Assembly (NCBI RefSeq): GCF_964355755.1
Contig: NC_092677.1
Span: 22,121,175-22,185,174, forward strand
DNA length: 64,000 nt
Source: Antedon mediterranea
Lineage: Eukaryota > Animalia > Echinodermata
Direction: 5' to 3'
Shown in pieces: positions 13,866 through 26,170 of the stretch. Position 1 is the stretch's first letter. Every line of letters starts with the position of its first letter. A program made the translations under genes and the position numbers. Below the pieces are notes generated by a model, which was not told where the DNA came from, made no database searches, and saw only the letters and a program-made list of their open reading frames with translations.

Positions 13866-14748
13866 GTTTAATTTATTTATTTCACTTTACAAATATATAA
13901 ATATAAAGTGGAGGAGCCTAAAAGAAAGCAAAGCTTGTGGTGAATAGGCTCCTCAAAACAAATAATAAAATATAAATAATATAACACCATTAGAAACTCC
14001 AAAAAAACAACAATTTAACTAATATCTTTTCTCTAACACATAAGTTTAACATGTTTAAAACTAAAAAACAAGTAAAAAATAGATTATATAAATTATTTAA
14101 GAAATATCCAAATATATGTAAATAATAAAAGAACTTACAAAGAACCTTCAACCAATAATAGTTTAAATTGACGTTTAAATAAGGCACAGTTATGAGATTT
14201 TTTAAGTGATAAAGGAAGAGAATTCCAGAGTTTAGGTCCAGTGTATACAAGGGTGTTCATTTTAAGACTAGATCGAGTAAGTGGCAGGTGATCTTTTTGT
14301 CTTGTTTGTTGGTGAGTGTGATATTGTTTATTTTGAGTGAATTTACTGGATATTATGGGTGGTAAGTGTCCAGCGGTTAATTGAAACATGATGACACCTA
14401 CATTAAATGTATAGAGGTCCTCAATTTTTAATATTTTTTTTTTGAAAGATATCTTGGATGTGAGCACCCTGAGATAATTCTGACAGCTCGTTTCTGGATT
14501 AATCAAATTTTAGTAATAATTGATTTTGAAGCATTTCCCCAAGCAAGAACACCATAATTTAAGTACGATAATATAATAGTAGAACATAAAATATTTAATA
14601 CTTTTTGAGGAAATATTGATTTCAATTTATACATCATGCCAACATGTTTTGATAATAATTTGCAAAGGTAATTAACATGGGCTTTCCAGTCAAGTCTGTC
14701 GTCAATAAATATACCAAGAAATTTTGTGTTGATTATTTGATTAATAGG
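13866..14748 (-). mobile_element. 3' fragment of a CR1/L2-group (Crack/Daphne-like) LINE, copy B
   Basis: Minus strand reads KFLGIFIDDRLDWKAHVNYLCKLLSKHVG...LNYGVLAWG...IQKRAVRII...GPKLWNSLP...FKRQFK with stops and frameshifts; then an AT-rich 3' UTR, stem-loop at 13911-13954 and aaataaataaatt tail. Confidence 0.88.
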
Positions 14749-14749
14749 G

Positions 14750-16992
14750 ACGTACAGAAATCTACTCAGAATTTACGTACCGACATCGACCCCGTTTTTA
14801 AGTGCAGACAACGACCCCGTTTTTACGTACAGACATCGACCTAGTTTTTACGTACATACATCGACACCGATTTTACGTACAGACATCGACTTCGTTTTTA
14901 CGTACAGACATCGACCTAGTTTTTACGTACCGACATCGACCTCGATTTAACGTACAGACAGCGACCCCGATTTCACGTACAGACATCGACCTAGTTTTGA
15001 CGTACAGACATCGACACCGATTTTACGCAAAGACAACGACCATGATTTCACATACAGACATCAACCCCGATTTTACGTACAAACATCGACCATGATTTTA
15101 CGTACAGTCATCGACCCTGATTTTACATACAGACATCGACCTAGTTTTGACGTACAGACATCGACCCCGTTTTTACATACATATATCGACTCTGTTTTTA
15201 CGTACAGACATCGACCTAGTTTTTACGTACCGACATCGACCTCGACTTTACGTACAGCCATCAACACCGTTTTGACGTACAGATATCGACCCCGATTTTA
15301 CGTACAAACATCGACCATGATTTTACATACAGTCATCGACCTCGATTTTACATACAGACATCGACCTAGTTTTGACGTACAGACATCGACCCCGTTTTTA
15401 CATACATATATCGACTCTGTTTTTACGTACAGACATCGACCTAGTTTTTACGTACCGACATCGACCTCGACTTTACGTACAGCCATCAACCCCGTTTTGA
15501 CGTACAGATATCGACCCCGATTTTACGTACATACATCGACCCGATTTTACGTACAGTCATCGACCCAGTTTTTACGTACAAACATCAACCTCGATTTTAC
15601 GTACCGACATCGATCCCTATTTTACGTACATACATCGACCCCGATTTTACGTACATACATCGACCCGTATTTATTACCAGACATCGACCTAGTTTTTACG
15701 TACAGACATCGACCCCGATTTTACATACAGACATCGACCCCGATTTTTTGTACATACATCGACCCCGATTTTACGTACAGACATCGACCCCGATTTTACG
15801 TATAGACATCGACCTAGTTTTTACGTACAGACTTCGACCCTGATTTTACATACAGACATCGACCCCGTTTTTACGTACCGACATCGACCTCAATTTTACG
15901 TACAGACAGCGACCCCGATTTTACTTACAGACATCGACCTAGTTTTTACGTACAGATATTGACCCGGTTTTGACGTACATACATCGACAGCGATTTTACG
16001 TAAAGACAACGACCCCAATTTTACGTACAGAGATCGATCCAATTTTTACGTACAGACATCGACCCCGATTTTACGTACAGACATCGACCCCGATTTAACG
16101 TACAGACATCGACCCCAATTTTACGTACATACATCGACCCCGATTTTACGTACAGACATCGACCCCGATTTTACGTACAGACATCGACCCGATTTTACGT
16201 ACAGCCATCAACCCCGTTTTTACGTACAGACATCGACCCCGTTTTGACAAACAGACATCGACCTAGTTTTTACGTACAGGCATCGACCCCGATTTCACGT
16301 ACAGACAGCCACACCGATTTTACGTACATACATCGACCCCGATTTTACGTACATACATCGACCCCGATTTTACGTACAGTCATCGACCAAGTTTTTACGT
16401 ACAGAAATCGACCCCGATTTTACGTACAGACATCGACCCCGATTTTACGTACAGACATCGACCTAGTTTTTACGTAAAGACATCCACCCTGATTTTACAT
16501 ACAGACATCGACCTAGTTTTGACGTACAGAAATCGACCCCATTTTGAGGTACAGACATCGACCACGTTTTTACGTACAGACATCGAACCCGATTTACCGT
16601 ACAGGCATCGACTTTGATTTAACGTACAGACATCGACCCCGATTTTATGTACATACATCGACCCCGATTTTACGTACAGACATCGACCCCGTTTTTACGT
16701 ACAGACATTGACCTAGTTTTTACGTACAGACATCGACCCTGATTTTACAAACAGACATCAACCTAGTTTTGACGTACATATATCGATTCCGTTTTTTACG
16801 TACAGACATCGACCTAGTTTTTACGTACCGACATCAACCTCGATTTTACGTACAGACATAGACCCCGATTTTACGTACATACATCGACCCCGATTTTACG
16901 TACAACCATCAACCCCATTTTTACGTACAGACATCGACCTAGTTTTTACGTACAGACATCGACCCTGATTTTACATACAGACATCGACCCCG
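14750..16992 (+). repeat. SatB 25-bp array
   Basis: Tandem 25-mers; begins with the same degenerate monomer (acgtacagaaatctactcagaattt) as at 34955 and 59903. Confidence 0.97.
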
Positions 16993-17509
16993 TTTTTTTT
17001 ATTTTTTTTTTGTCTTGTGTGAGTTCATCTCACGTTTATTTGAATTCTCATTGGTGAATATATTATATACATATAAGTATATTTGTGACAATTACAAGTA
17101 AGTGTTTAAAGTAGTTAAAATACAGGTATATTTACATAATAAGATGCTTGAATTCAGTATTAACAATATTTGTTTTCATTAAAATTTTAGATATGATGTT
17201 AATTAAAATGTAAAAATGAAAAATGGCGGTAAAATACATGATTAAAATTTTCTTGTAAAACTATCTTATTTGTGCTCTTATTTGTGTTCGAGTAGAGAGG
17301 CTATAAACTCAGGGGAGGAAAATGTAGTATCCTCCCTTTTCACCAAGATAAAAAGGATGAAATGAAAAAAGAGGAATGCAAAGGTTTGAAAGTTAGATAT
17401 TTAGAATGATAGCATGCAATAATATATTTAATGAAAACCGTAAGGTTAGAGTCCATACACTGTGCGAAACACTTCATACCCGATTTCACCTTGATACAAC
17501 TCACTACTT

Positions 17510-17854
17510 TGAGTGAGTGGCCGAGCGGTTAAGATGAGTGAGTGGCCGAGCGGTTAAGACAGTGGAACCGTAATTACCTAGCCATAACAACGGCAGGGGT
17601 TCGAGGCTCACTCACTCCATGGTTCTGGTGGTAGAACGAGTCTTCTCGGATAAGGACTATAAACCGTAGGTCCAGTGTACACATCTGGCTCGTGTGCACT
17701 TTAAAGAACCTAGTACATCTTTCGAGACGAGTAGGGGGTTACCCCGGTGTATTAGTACATCACAGCCACTGATCACCAACTGGGCCCTCTGGGAGACCAG
17801 TCATTGACTGAAGAGGTTACCCAGTATAAATATATATTTCAATCAATCAATCAA
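17510..17854 (+). mobile_element. tRNA-derived SINE with Deu/Nin-type core, copy B
   Basis: A box TGGCCGAGCGG (17543), B box GGTTCGAGGC (17598), core tcggataaggactataaaccgtaggtcc...ttaaagaacc...ttcgagacgagtagggggttaccccggtgt (17646-17750), (TCAA)n tail, candidate TSD tactt at 17505 and 17855. Confidence 0.88.
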
Positions 17855-18189
17855 TACTTACAATTTGTATTTACGATATAAAATATTGCTAATATAGAAA
17901 AATATATATATTGGACAAATACAAATACATGCAGATAACATTGACATGTATACAATATGAATATTGCAAATATAGAAAAATATATATATATTTAAAAATA
18001 AATACCAATAATTACAGATTTCATATAAGTTAATAAAATTGTCTAAAAACATAATCAAGTGTTACATTTAAAATCACTTGAAATAAAAAAGGGCTACACA
18101 TTTATATTAAAACTTATACAGCATATGTCACACTAATATAAAATACAATTGTAAAACGTAGGGATAGAGATCTCCAGCACATATATATT

Positions 18190-19209
18190 TTAATTATTCA
18201 ATAGGATAAATATCCTGTCTTTATTCTTTTTCCATTTCTGATCAGCAGTATAAAAGTTATACAAATACTCATTATTTATGAGGTTTATAATTTCATTTTT
18301 AAATAGCCCCCAAATATTTGCAGATTCTTTTTTTTCTGTCGTTTCTAGTTCTTTATATATTATGGAGGATTTATATATACAAAAAGTAAAAACTGAAATT
18401 AATTTGTTTACAAGTTTGTTTGTTGTTCCCAAAATTACATTAACCCACTTTGGGAAGTCTTGCTGTACTGTAACCTCATTTGGAAGACACTGAACCAGCA
18501 TATCTTTAAACTTTTTCCAGACTGGTTGAATAGTTTTACATGCAATTAATGAGTGTTTTTCATTTTCTATATGATTCTTACACTTATTACATTTGTCTGT
18601 TGTAGATAATTTCCATCTTTTTAGTCTTTTTTTACATATAAGGATTCGATGTAACAACTTAAAATTAAATTGTGCTACTTTTACCATGTGTTTCATTCTA
18701 CATACTTTTCTATTCCATATTTCATTCCAGTCAATAATTTCATCTCTAAATTCTATTTCCCATTTCATTTGAGGATTTGGAATAATACATATACCATTTA
18801 TAAACTGCTTATAATCGTAAGACGATCTTATCCTATTATGAAATATATTATGTTCTCTAAATTGTATATCTATGCGTGCATTTTCCAACCTTATTTGTTC
18901 TTTCCATATATCAGGTATTGCATTTATTGTTGCAAAGTATTCAATTAATCCATTCTGTTTATTCGACAGAGTTGGAATAATTTCTGCTGCAGTCAATAAC
19001 CTGTTATTTACGACTATATCATGTACTCTTTTGTATCCAGAGTTTAACCAGGTGTTGAAATATAGAGATTTTCCCTCAATTGATGTTATAAATATGTTTT
19101 CCCATAAGTGTTGTGACTTAATTTCTTGTAAATTTTGCGGCTCTAAACAATATACAATATTGTTTAATTCAACAGCTGATTTCAACATATTCATATAAAA
19201 TACTGGCAT
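18190..19209 (-). pseudogene. Open 339-codon C-terminal remnant of Tx1/L1 ORF2 with CCHC zinc knuckle
   Basis: ORF track; broken by a frameshift in copy C and by a stop/frameshift in copy D. Confidence 0.85.
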
Positions 19210-19405
19210 ATTTTTTAATTTAGTATGCGCTTCAGTATTTAATTTACTACAATTCGCAGTATATCAACTGGATGCATATAGTAGTTTGGAATACATTTCC
19301 AAATACCTGGGTTAGGATTTAACAGTCTATTAACCCAACTCAACTTCAGAGAGTCCACTAAGATATTAAAATTCACCATATTTATACCACCTTTATCTAC
19401 TGTGT

Positions 19406-20105
19406 TTATAAGAGTTTTTCCTTAAATTTTTTCCCTTTTTCCTCCCCACAAAATCTATATAACAATGTATCAACTTTTGGAAAGATATAAGATTGTACAT
19501 CTATTATACAAGCATTGTATATTAATTCCGAAATGGCAAGAGATTTTATTACTGTTGCCTTGCCAAAAAACGTAAGGTTTCGTTTTTCCCATAGTTTTAG
19601 TGTATTCTCTAATTTTAAAACTGTATCATCCCAATTTCGTTTAACACAAGTATGTTTATCATACCCTACGTAGATTCCAAGGAATTTCACTGGTTCTTTG
19701 GTCCATTTGATATTAAATGGCGATGTTTGTTTGTTTTTATTTGCTCCAATCAAAATTCCTTTCGATTTACTTTTATTTAACCTTAAACCTGATATTGAAC
19801 AGAACATTTCAATTTCACACAGAAAATGGTTTAAACTAATTTCATCCTTTGTAAATATTACAGTATCGTCAGCTAGTTGAGCCATTTTAACAATATGATC
19901 TTCAATTTCATAAAGCAGACAAAGGACAACCCGTTCTTACACCACATCTCATATTGAATCTTTCAGATATCCAACCATTGTGGGTTACAAGGCATTGCGT
20001 ATCTGTATATATAGTTTTTATCCAGTTAATAAATGACTGTCCAAAACCATATTTTTTCAGACATATAAACATTAAATTTCTATCTATAGAATCAAACGCC
20101 TTCAT
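19406..20105 (-). pseudogene. Disrupted RT-domain fragments of Tx1/L1 ORF2
   Basis: ORFs 19908-20105 and 19406-19885; the gap between CPLSAL and QLADD is shorter than usual and holds a stop, suggesting an internal deletion. Confidence 0.88.
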
Positions 20106-20119
20106 AAAAGCTTACTTGT

Positions 20120-23100
20120 TCGACCTCGATTTTACGTACAGACAGCAACCTCGATTTTACTTACAGACATCGACCTAGTTTTAACGTACAGATATCGACC
20201 CCGTTTTGACGTACATACATCGACAGCTATTTTACGTAAAGACAACGACCCCGATTTCACGAACAGACATCGATCCCGTATTTACGTACAGGCATCGACC
20301 CAGATTTTACGTACAGACATCGACCCCGATTTTACGTACATACATCGACCCCGATTTTACGTACAGACATCGACCCCGATTTTACGTACATACATCGACC
20401 CCTATTTTACGTACAGAGATCGACCCAGTTTTTTCGTACAGACATCGACCCCAATTTTACGTACAGACATCGACCCCGATTTAACGTACATACATCGAAC
20501 CCGATTTTACGTACAGTCATCCACCAAGTTTTTACGTACAGACATCACCCTCGATTTTACGTACAGACATCGACCCCGATTTTACGTACAGACATCGACC
20601 CCGATTTTACGTACAGACATCGACCCTGATTTTACGTACAGACATCGACCCCGTTTTTACATAGAGACATCGACCACGATTTTACGTACAGATATCGACC
20701 TAGTTTTTACGTACCGACATCGACCTTGATTTTACGTACAGACATCGACCCCGATTTTACGTACAGACATCGACCTAGTTTTGACGTACAGAAATTGACC
20801 GCTTTCTGACGTACAGACATCGACACCGATTTTACATAAAGACATCGACCCCGATTTCACGTACAGACATCGACCACGTTTTTACGTACTGACATCGACC
20901 CCGATTTACCATAGAGACATCGATCCCGATTTTAAGTACATACATCGACTCCGTTAAACGTACATACATCGACCCCGACTTTACGTCCACACATCGACCC
21001 AGTTTTTACGTACAGACAGCGCCACCGTTTGACGTACCGACATCAACCTCGATTTTACGTACAGACATCGACCCCGATTTTACGTACATACAGCGACACC
21101 GTTTGACGTACCGACAACAACCTCGATTTTACATACAGACATCGACCCTGATTTTACATACAGGCATCGACCTAGTTTTGACGTACAGACATCGACCCCG
21201 TTTTTACATACACATAATACATCGATCTCGATTTTACGTATAGACATCGACCCCGATTTTACGTGCAGACATCGAACCCGTTTTTACGTACAGGTATCGA
21301 CAATGATTTTACGTACAGACATCGACCTAGTTTTGTACTACAGACATCGACCACGTTTTTACGTACAGACATCGAACCTGATTTTACGTACAGACATGTA
21401 CCTCGATTTTACGTACATACATCGACCACAAATCAACGTAGAGACATCGACCCCAATTTTACGTACAGACATCGACAATGATTTTACGTACAGAAATCGA
21501 CCTAGTTTTGACGTACATACATCGACCTAGTTTTCAGGTACAGACATCGACCCCGTTTTTACATACAGACATAGATCTAGTTTTTTACGTACAGAGATCG
21601 ACCTAGTTCTTACGCAAGACATCGACCCCGATTTAACGTACAGACTTCGACCCCGTATTTACGTACAGACATCGACCTAGTTTTTACGTACATACATCGA
21701 CTCCGTTTAACGTACCAACATCGACCCCGTTTTTACGTACAGACATCGACTCCGTTTTTATGTAAAGATATCGACACCGATTTTACGCAAAGACAACGAT
21801 CCTGATTTCACGTACAGACATCGACCCCAATTTTACGTACAGTCATCGACCCCGTTTTTACGTACAGACATCAACCTCGATTTTACGTACAGACATTGAC
21901 CCCGATTTTACGTACATACATCGACCCCGATTTTACATACATACATCGACACCTATTTTACATACAGACAACGACCCAGATTTTACGTACAGACATCGAC
22001 CTAGTTTTTACGTACAGATATCTACCCCGTTTTGACGTACAGACATCGACACCAATTTTACGCAAACACAACGACCCCGATTTCACGAATAGACATCGAT
22101 CCCGTATTTACGTACAGACATCGATCCCGTATTTACTTACAGACATCGACCTTGTTTAACGTACATATATCGATCTCGATTTTACGTACATACATCGACT
22201 CCGATTTTACATACTGTACATACATTGACCCGATTTTACGTACAGTAATCGACTCCTATTTTACGTACAGACATCAACCTCTTTTTACGTACAGACATCG
22301 ACCCCCTTATTACATACAGATATCGACTCCGCTTTTACGTACAGACATCGACCTAGTTTTTACGTACCGACATCGACCTCGATTTTACATACAGACAACG
22401 ACCCCGATTTTACGTACAGACATCGACACCAATTTTACGCAAAGACAACGACCCCGATTTCACGAATAGACATCGATTCCGTATTTACGTACAGACATCG
22501 ACCTAGTATTTACGTACAGACATCGACCACGATTTTACGTACCGACATCGACCATGTTTTTACATACAGACATTGATCCCGTATTTACTTACAGGCATCG
22601 ACCTAGTTTCTACGTACAAACATCGACACCGATTTTACGTACATACATCTACCCCGATTTTACGTACAGACATCGACACCGATTTTACGTACAGACATCG
22701 ATCTCGTATTTATGTACAGATATCGACCCCGTTTTTACGTACAGACATTGACCCTGATTTTACGTACATACATCAATCCCGATTTTACGTACATACGTCG
22801 ATCCCTATTTTACGTACAGAAATCGACTCCGTTTAACGTACCGACATCGACGCGGATTTTATATACAGACATCGACCTAGTTTTTACGTACAGACATCCA
22901 CCTAGTTTTTACGTACAGACATCGGTCTAGTTTTCACTTACAGACCTCGACATAGTTTTTATGCAATGACAGCGACCCCGACTTTACGTACAGATATGGA
23001 CCCCGATTTTACGTACAGACATCGACCCAGTTTTTACGTAAAGACATCGACCACGTTTTTACGTACAGACATCGACCCCGTTTTGACGTACAGACATCGA

Positions 23101-25897
23101 CCTAGTTTTGAACTACAGACATCGACATCGATCCTGATTTGACGTATAGACATGTACCCCGATTTTACGTACATACATCGACCCCGATTTTACGTACATA
23201 CATTGACCCCGATTTTAGGTACAGCCATCGACCCCGATTTTACGTACATACATTGACCCCGATTTTAAGTAAGGTCATCGACCCAGTTTTGACGTACAGA
23301 CATTAACTTCGATTTTACGTACATACATCGACACCAATTTTACGTACATACATCGACCCCGATTTGACATACAGACATTGACCCCGATTTTACGTACAGA
23401 CATCGACCCCGATTTTAGGTACAGACATCGACTTAGTTTTTACGTACAGCATCGACCCTGGTTTTACATACATTCATCGACCTAGTTTTGACGTACAGAC
23501 ATCGACCCCGATTTTATGTACAGACATCGAACTAGTTTTTACGTACGTACAGACATCGACCTAGTTTGTACGTACAGACATCGGCCTAGTTTTTACGTAC
23601 AGACATCGACCTAGTTTTTACGTACCGACATCGACCTCGATTTTACGTGCAGACATCGACCCCGATTTTACGTACAGACATCGAACTAGCTTTGAACTAC
23701 AGACATCGACTGCCTTTTTACGTACATACATCAACCCCGATTTTACGTACAGATATCGACCCAGTTTTTTCGTACAGACATCGACCTCATTTTTACGTAC
23801 AGACATCGACCTAGTTTTGAACTACAGAAATCGACTCCGTTTTTACGTACAGACATCGACCCTGATTTTACATACATAAATGTACCCCGATTTTACGTAC
23901 AGACATCGACCCCAATTTTACGTATAGACATCTACCTTGATTTAACGTACAGACATCGAACCCGTGTTTACGTGCAGACATCGATCCCGCTTTTACGTAC
24001 ATAAATCGACCACGATTTAACGTAGAGACATCGACCCCGATTTTATGTACAGACATCGACAATGATTTTAAATACAGACATTGACCTAGTTTTGACCTTC
24101 AGACATCGACTTAGTTTTGACCTACAGACATCGACATCGGTTTTACGTACAGACATCGACACCGGTTTTACGTACAGATATCGACCCTAATTTTACATAC
24201 AGACATCGACCTAGTTTTGACGTACAGACATCGACCCCGTCTTTACATACAGACATCGATCTTGTTTTTTACGTACAGAGATCGACGTAGTTTTTACGTA
24301 CCGACATCGACCCCTGATTTTACGTACAGACAGTGACCCCGATTTTACATCGACCTAGTTTTGACGGACATATATCGACCCCGTTTTGACGTACAGACAT
24401 CGACACCGATTTTACGCAAGACGTCGACCCCGATTTGACGTAAAGACATCGATCCCGTATTTACGTACAGACATCGACCTAGTTTTTACGTAAATACATC
24501 GACTCCGTTTAACGTACCGACATCGACCCCGTTTTTACGTACAGACATCGACTCCGTTCTTACGTAAAGACATCGACCCCGATTTTACATCGACCTAGTT
24601 TTGACGGACATATATCGACCCCGTTTTGACGTACAGACATCGACACCAATTTTACGCAAGACGTCGACCCCGATTTGACGTACAGACATCGACCCCGTAT
24701 TTACGTACAGACATCGACCCAGTTTTAACGTACAGACATTAACCTCGATTTTACGTACATACATCGGCACCAATTTTACGTACATACATCGACCCCGATT
24801 TGACATACAGACATCGACCCCGATTTTACGTCCAAACATCAACCCCGATTTTAGGTACAGACATCCCACTTAGTTTTTACGTACCGCATCGACCCTGATT
24901 TTACATACATTTATTGACCTAGTTTTGACGTACAGACATCGGCCCCGATTTTATGTACAGACATCGAACTAGTTTTTACGTACGTACAGACATCGACCTA
25001 GTTTGTACGTACAGACATCGGCCTAGTTTTTACGTACAGACATCGACCTAGTTTTTACGTACCGACATCGACCTCGATTTTACGTGCAGACATCGACCCC
25101 GATTTTACGTACAGACATCGAACTAGCTTTGAACTACAGACATCGACTGCCTTTTTACGTACATACATCGACCCCGATTTTACGTACAGATATCGACCCA
25201 GTTTTTTCGTACAGACAGCGACCTCATTTTTACGTACAGACATCGACCTAGTTTTGAACTACAGACATCGACTCCTTTTTTAAGTACAGACATTGACCCT
25301 GATTTTACATACAAAAATGTACCCCGATTTTACGTACATAAATCGACATCGGTTTGACGTACAGACATCGACACCAGTTTTACGTACAGATATCGACCCT
25401 AATTTTACATACAGACATCGACCTAGTTTTGACGTACAGACATCGACCCCGTCTTTACATACAGACATCGATCTTGTTTTTTACGTACAGAGATCGACCT
25501 AGTTTTTACGTACCGACATCGACCCCTGATTTTACGCACAGACAGTCACCCCGATTTTACATCGACCTAGTTTTGACGGACATATATCGACCCCGTTTTG
25601 ACGTACAGACATCGACACCGATTTTACGCAAGACGTCGACCCCGATTTGACGTACATACATCGACCCCGTATTTACGTACAGATATCGACCTAGTTTTTA
25701 CGTACATACATCGCCTCCGTTTAACGTACCGACATCGACCCCGTTTTTACGTACAGACATCGACTCCGTTCTTACATAAAGACATCGACCCCGATTTTAC
25801 GTACAGACAGTGACTCCGATTTTACGTACAGACATCGACCCCGTTTTGACGTGCAGACATCGACACCCATTTTACGCAAAGACAACGACCCCGATTT
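20120..25897 (+). repeat. SatB 25-bp array
   Basis: Tandem 25-mers; 1437-bp internal duplication (ORF offsets 23618/25055). Confidence 0.97.
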
Positions 25898-26170
25898 CTC
25901 ACACAAAACATCAAAGTGTACAGAATAGCTTTAAATCGCATTTGGAGACGTTTTAGACCATTTTGTGATTTTCGAAAAAACATGTTATCATAAAAACATC
26001 AAAGTGTACAGAATAGCTTCAAATCGCATTTGGAGACGTTTTAGACCATTTTGTGCATTTCGATGCTTAAAATCACATTAGAAACCGTTTTAGACCATTT
26101 TGAGCATTTCGATAAAACTTTTCACACAAAAACATCAAAGTGCACAAAATAGCTTAATATGGTATTAAAA
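25898..26170. repeat. Short interrupted SatC block inside SatB
   Basis: Same SatB/SatC junction as 7028 (ccgatttctcacacaaaacatc), about 3 monomers, then return to SatB. Confidence 0.92.

Larger units (their letters stand above)
16993..20119 (-). mobile_element. 5'-truncated L1/Tx1-clade LINE (ORF2 RT C-half, zinc knuckle, 3' UTR, poly-A), copy B
   Basis: KAFDSI...GFG..FINWIKTIY...GVRTGCPLSAL, QLADDT...SGLRLNKSKS, KFLGI, WEKRNLTFFGKATVIKSL, FKLLHRIL and C-x2-C-x8-H-x4-C (CNKCKNHIENEKHSLIAC). AATAAA on minus strand at 17035-17040 and poly-A at 16993-17011. Confidence 0.92.

Noticed and set aside
14750-16992. CENP-B box-like motif on the SatB minus strand (tacgtaaaatcgggg)
   Set aside because: It has TACG instead of TTCG, and the CG-to-CGGG spacing is one base shorter than in the canonical box.
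17535-17619. Functional tRNA gene
   Set aside because: The T-arm and anticodon arm are not canonical, and the sequence continues into a SINE core and (TCAA)n tail.
18278-20178. Plus-strand ORFs overlapping the LINE, and small AT-rich ORFs such as 17858-18058 and 13990-14250
   Set aside because: These are antisense shadows of ORF2 or low-complexity UTR translations with no recognisable motifs.
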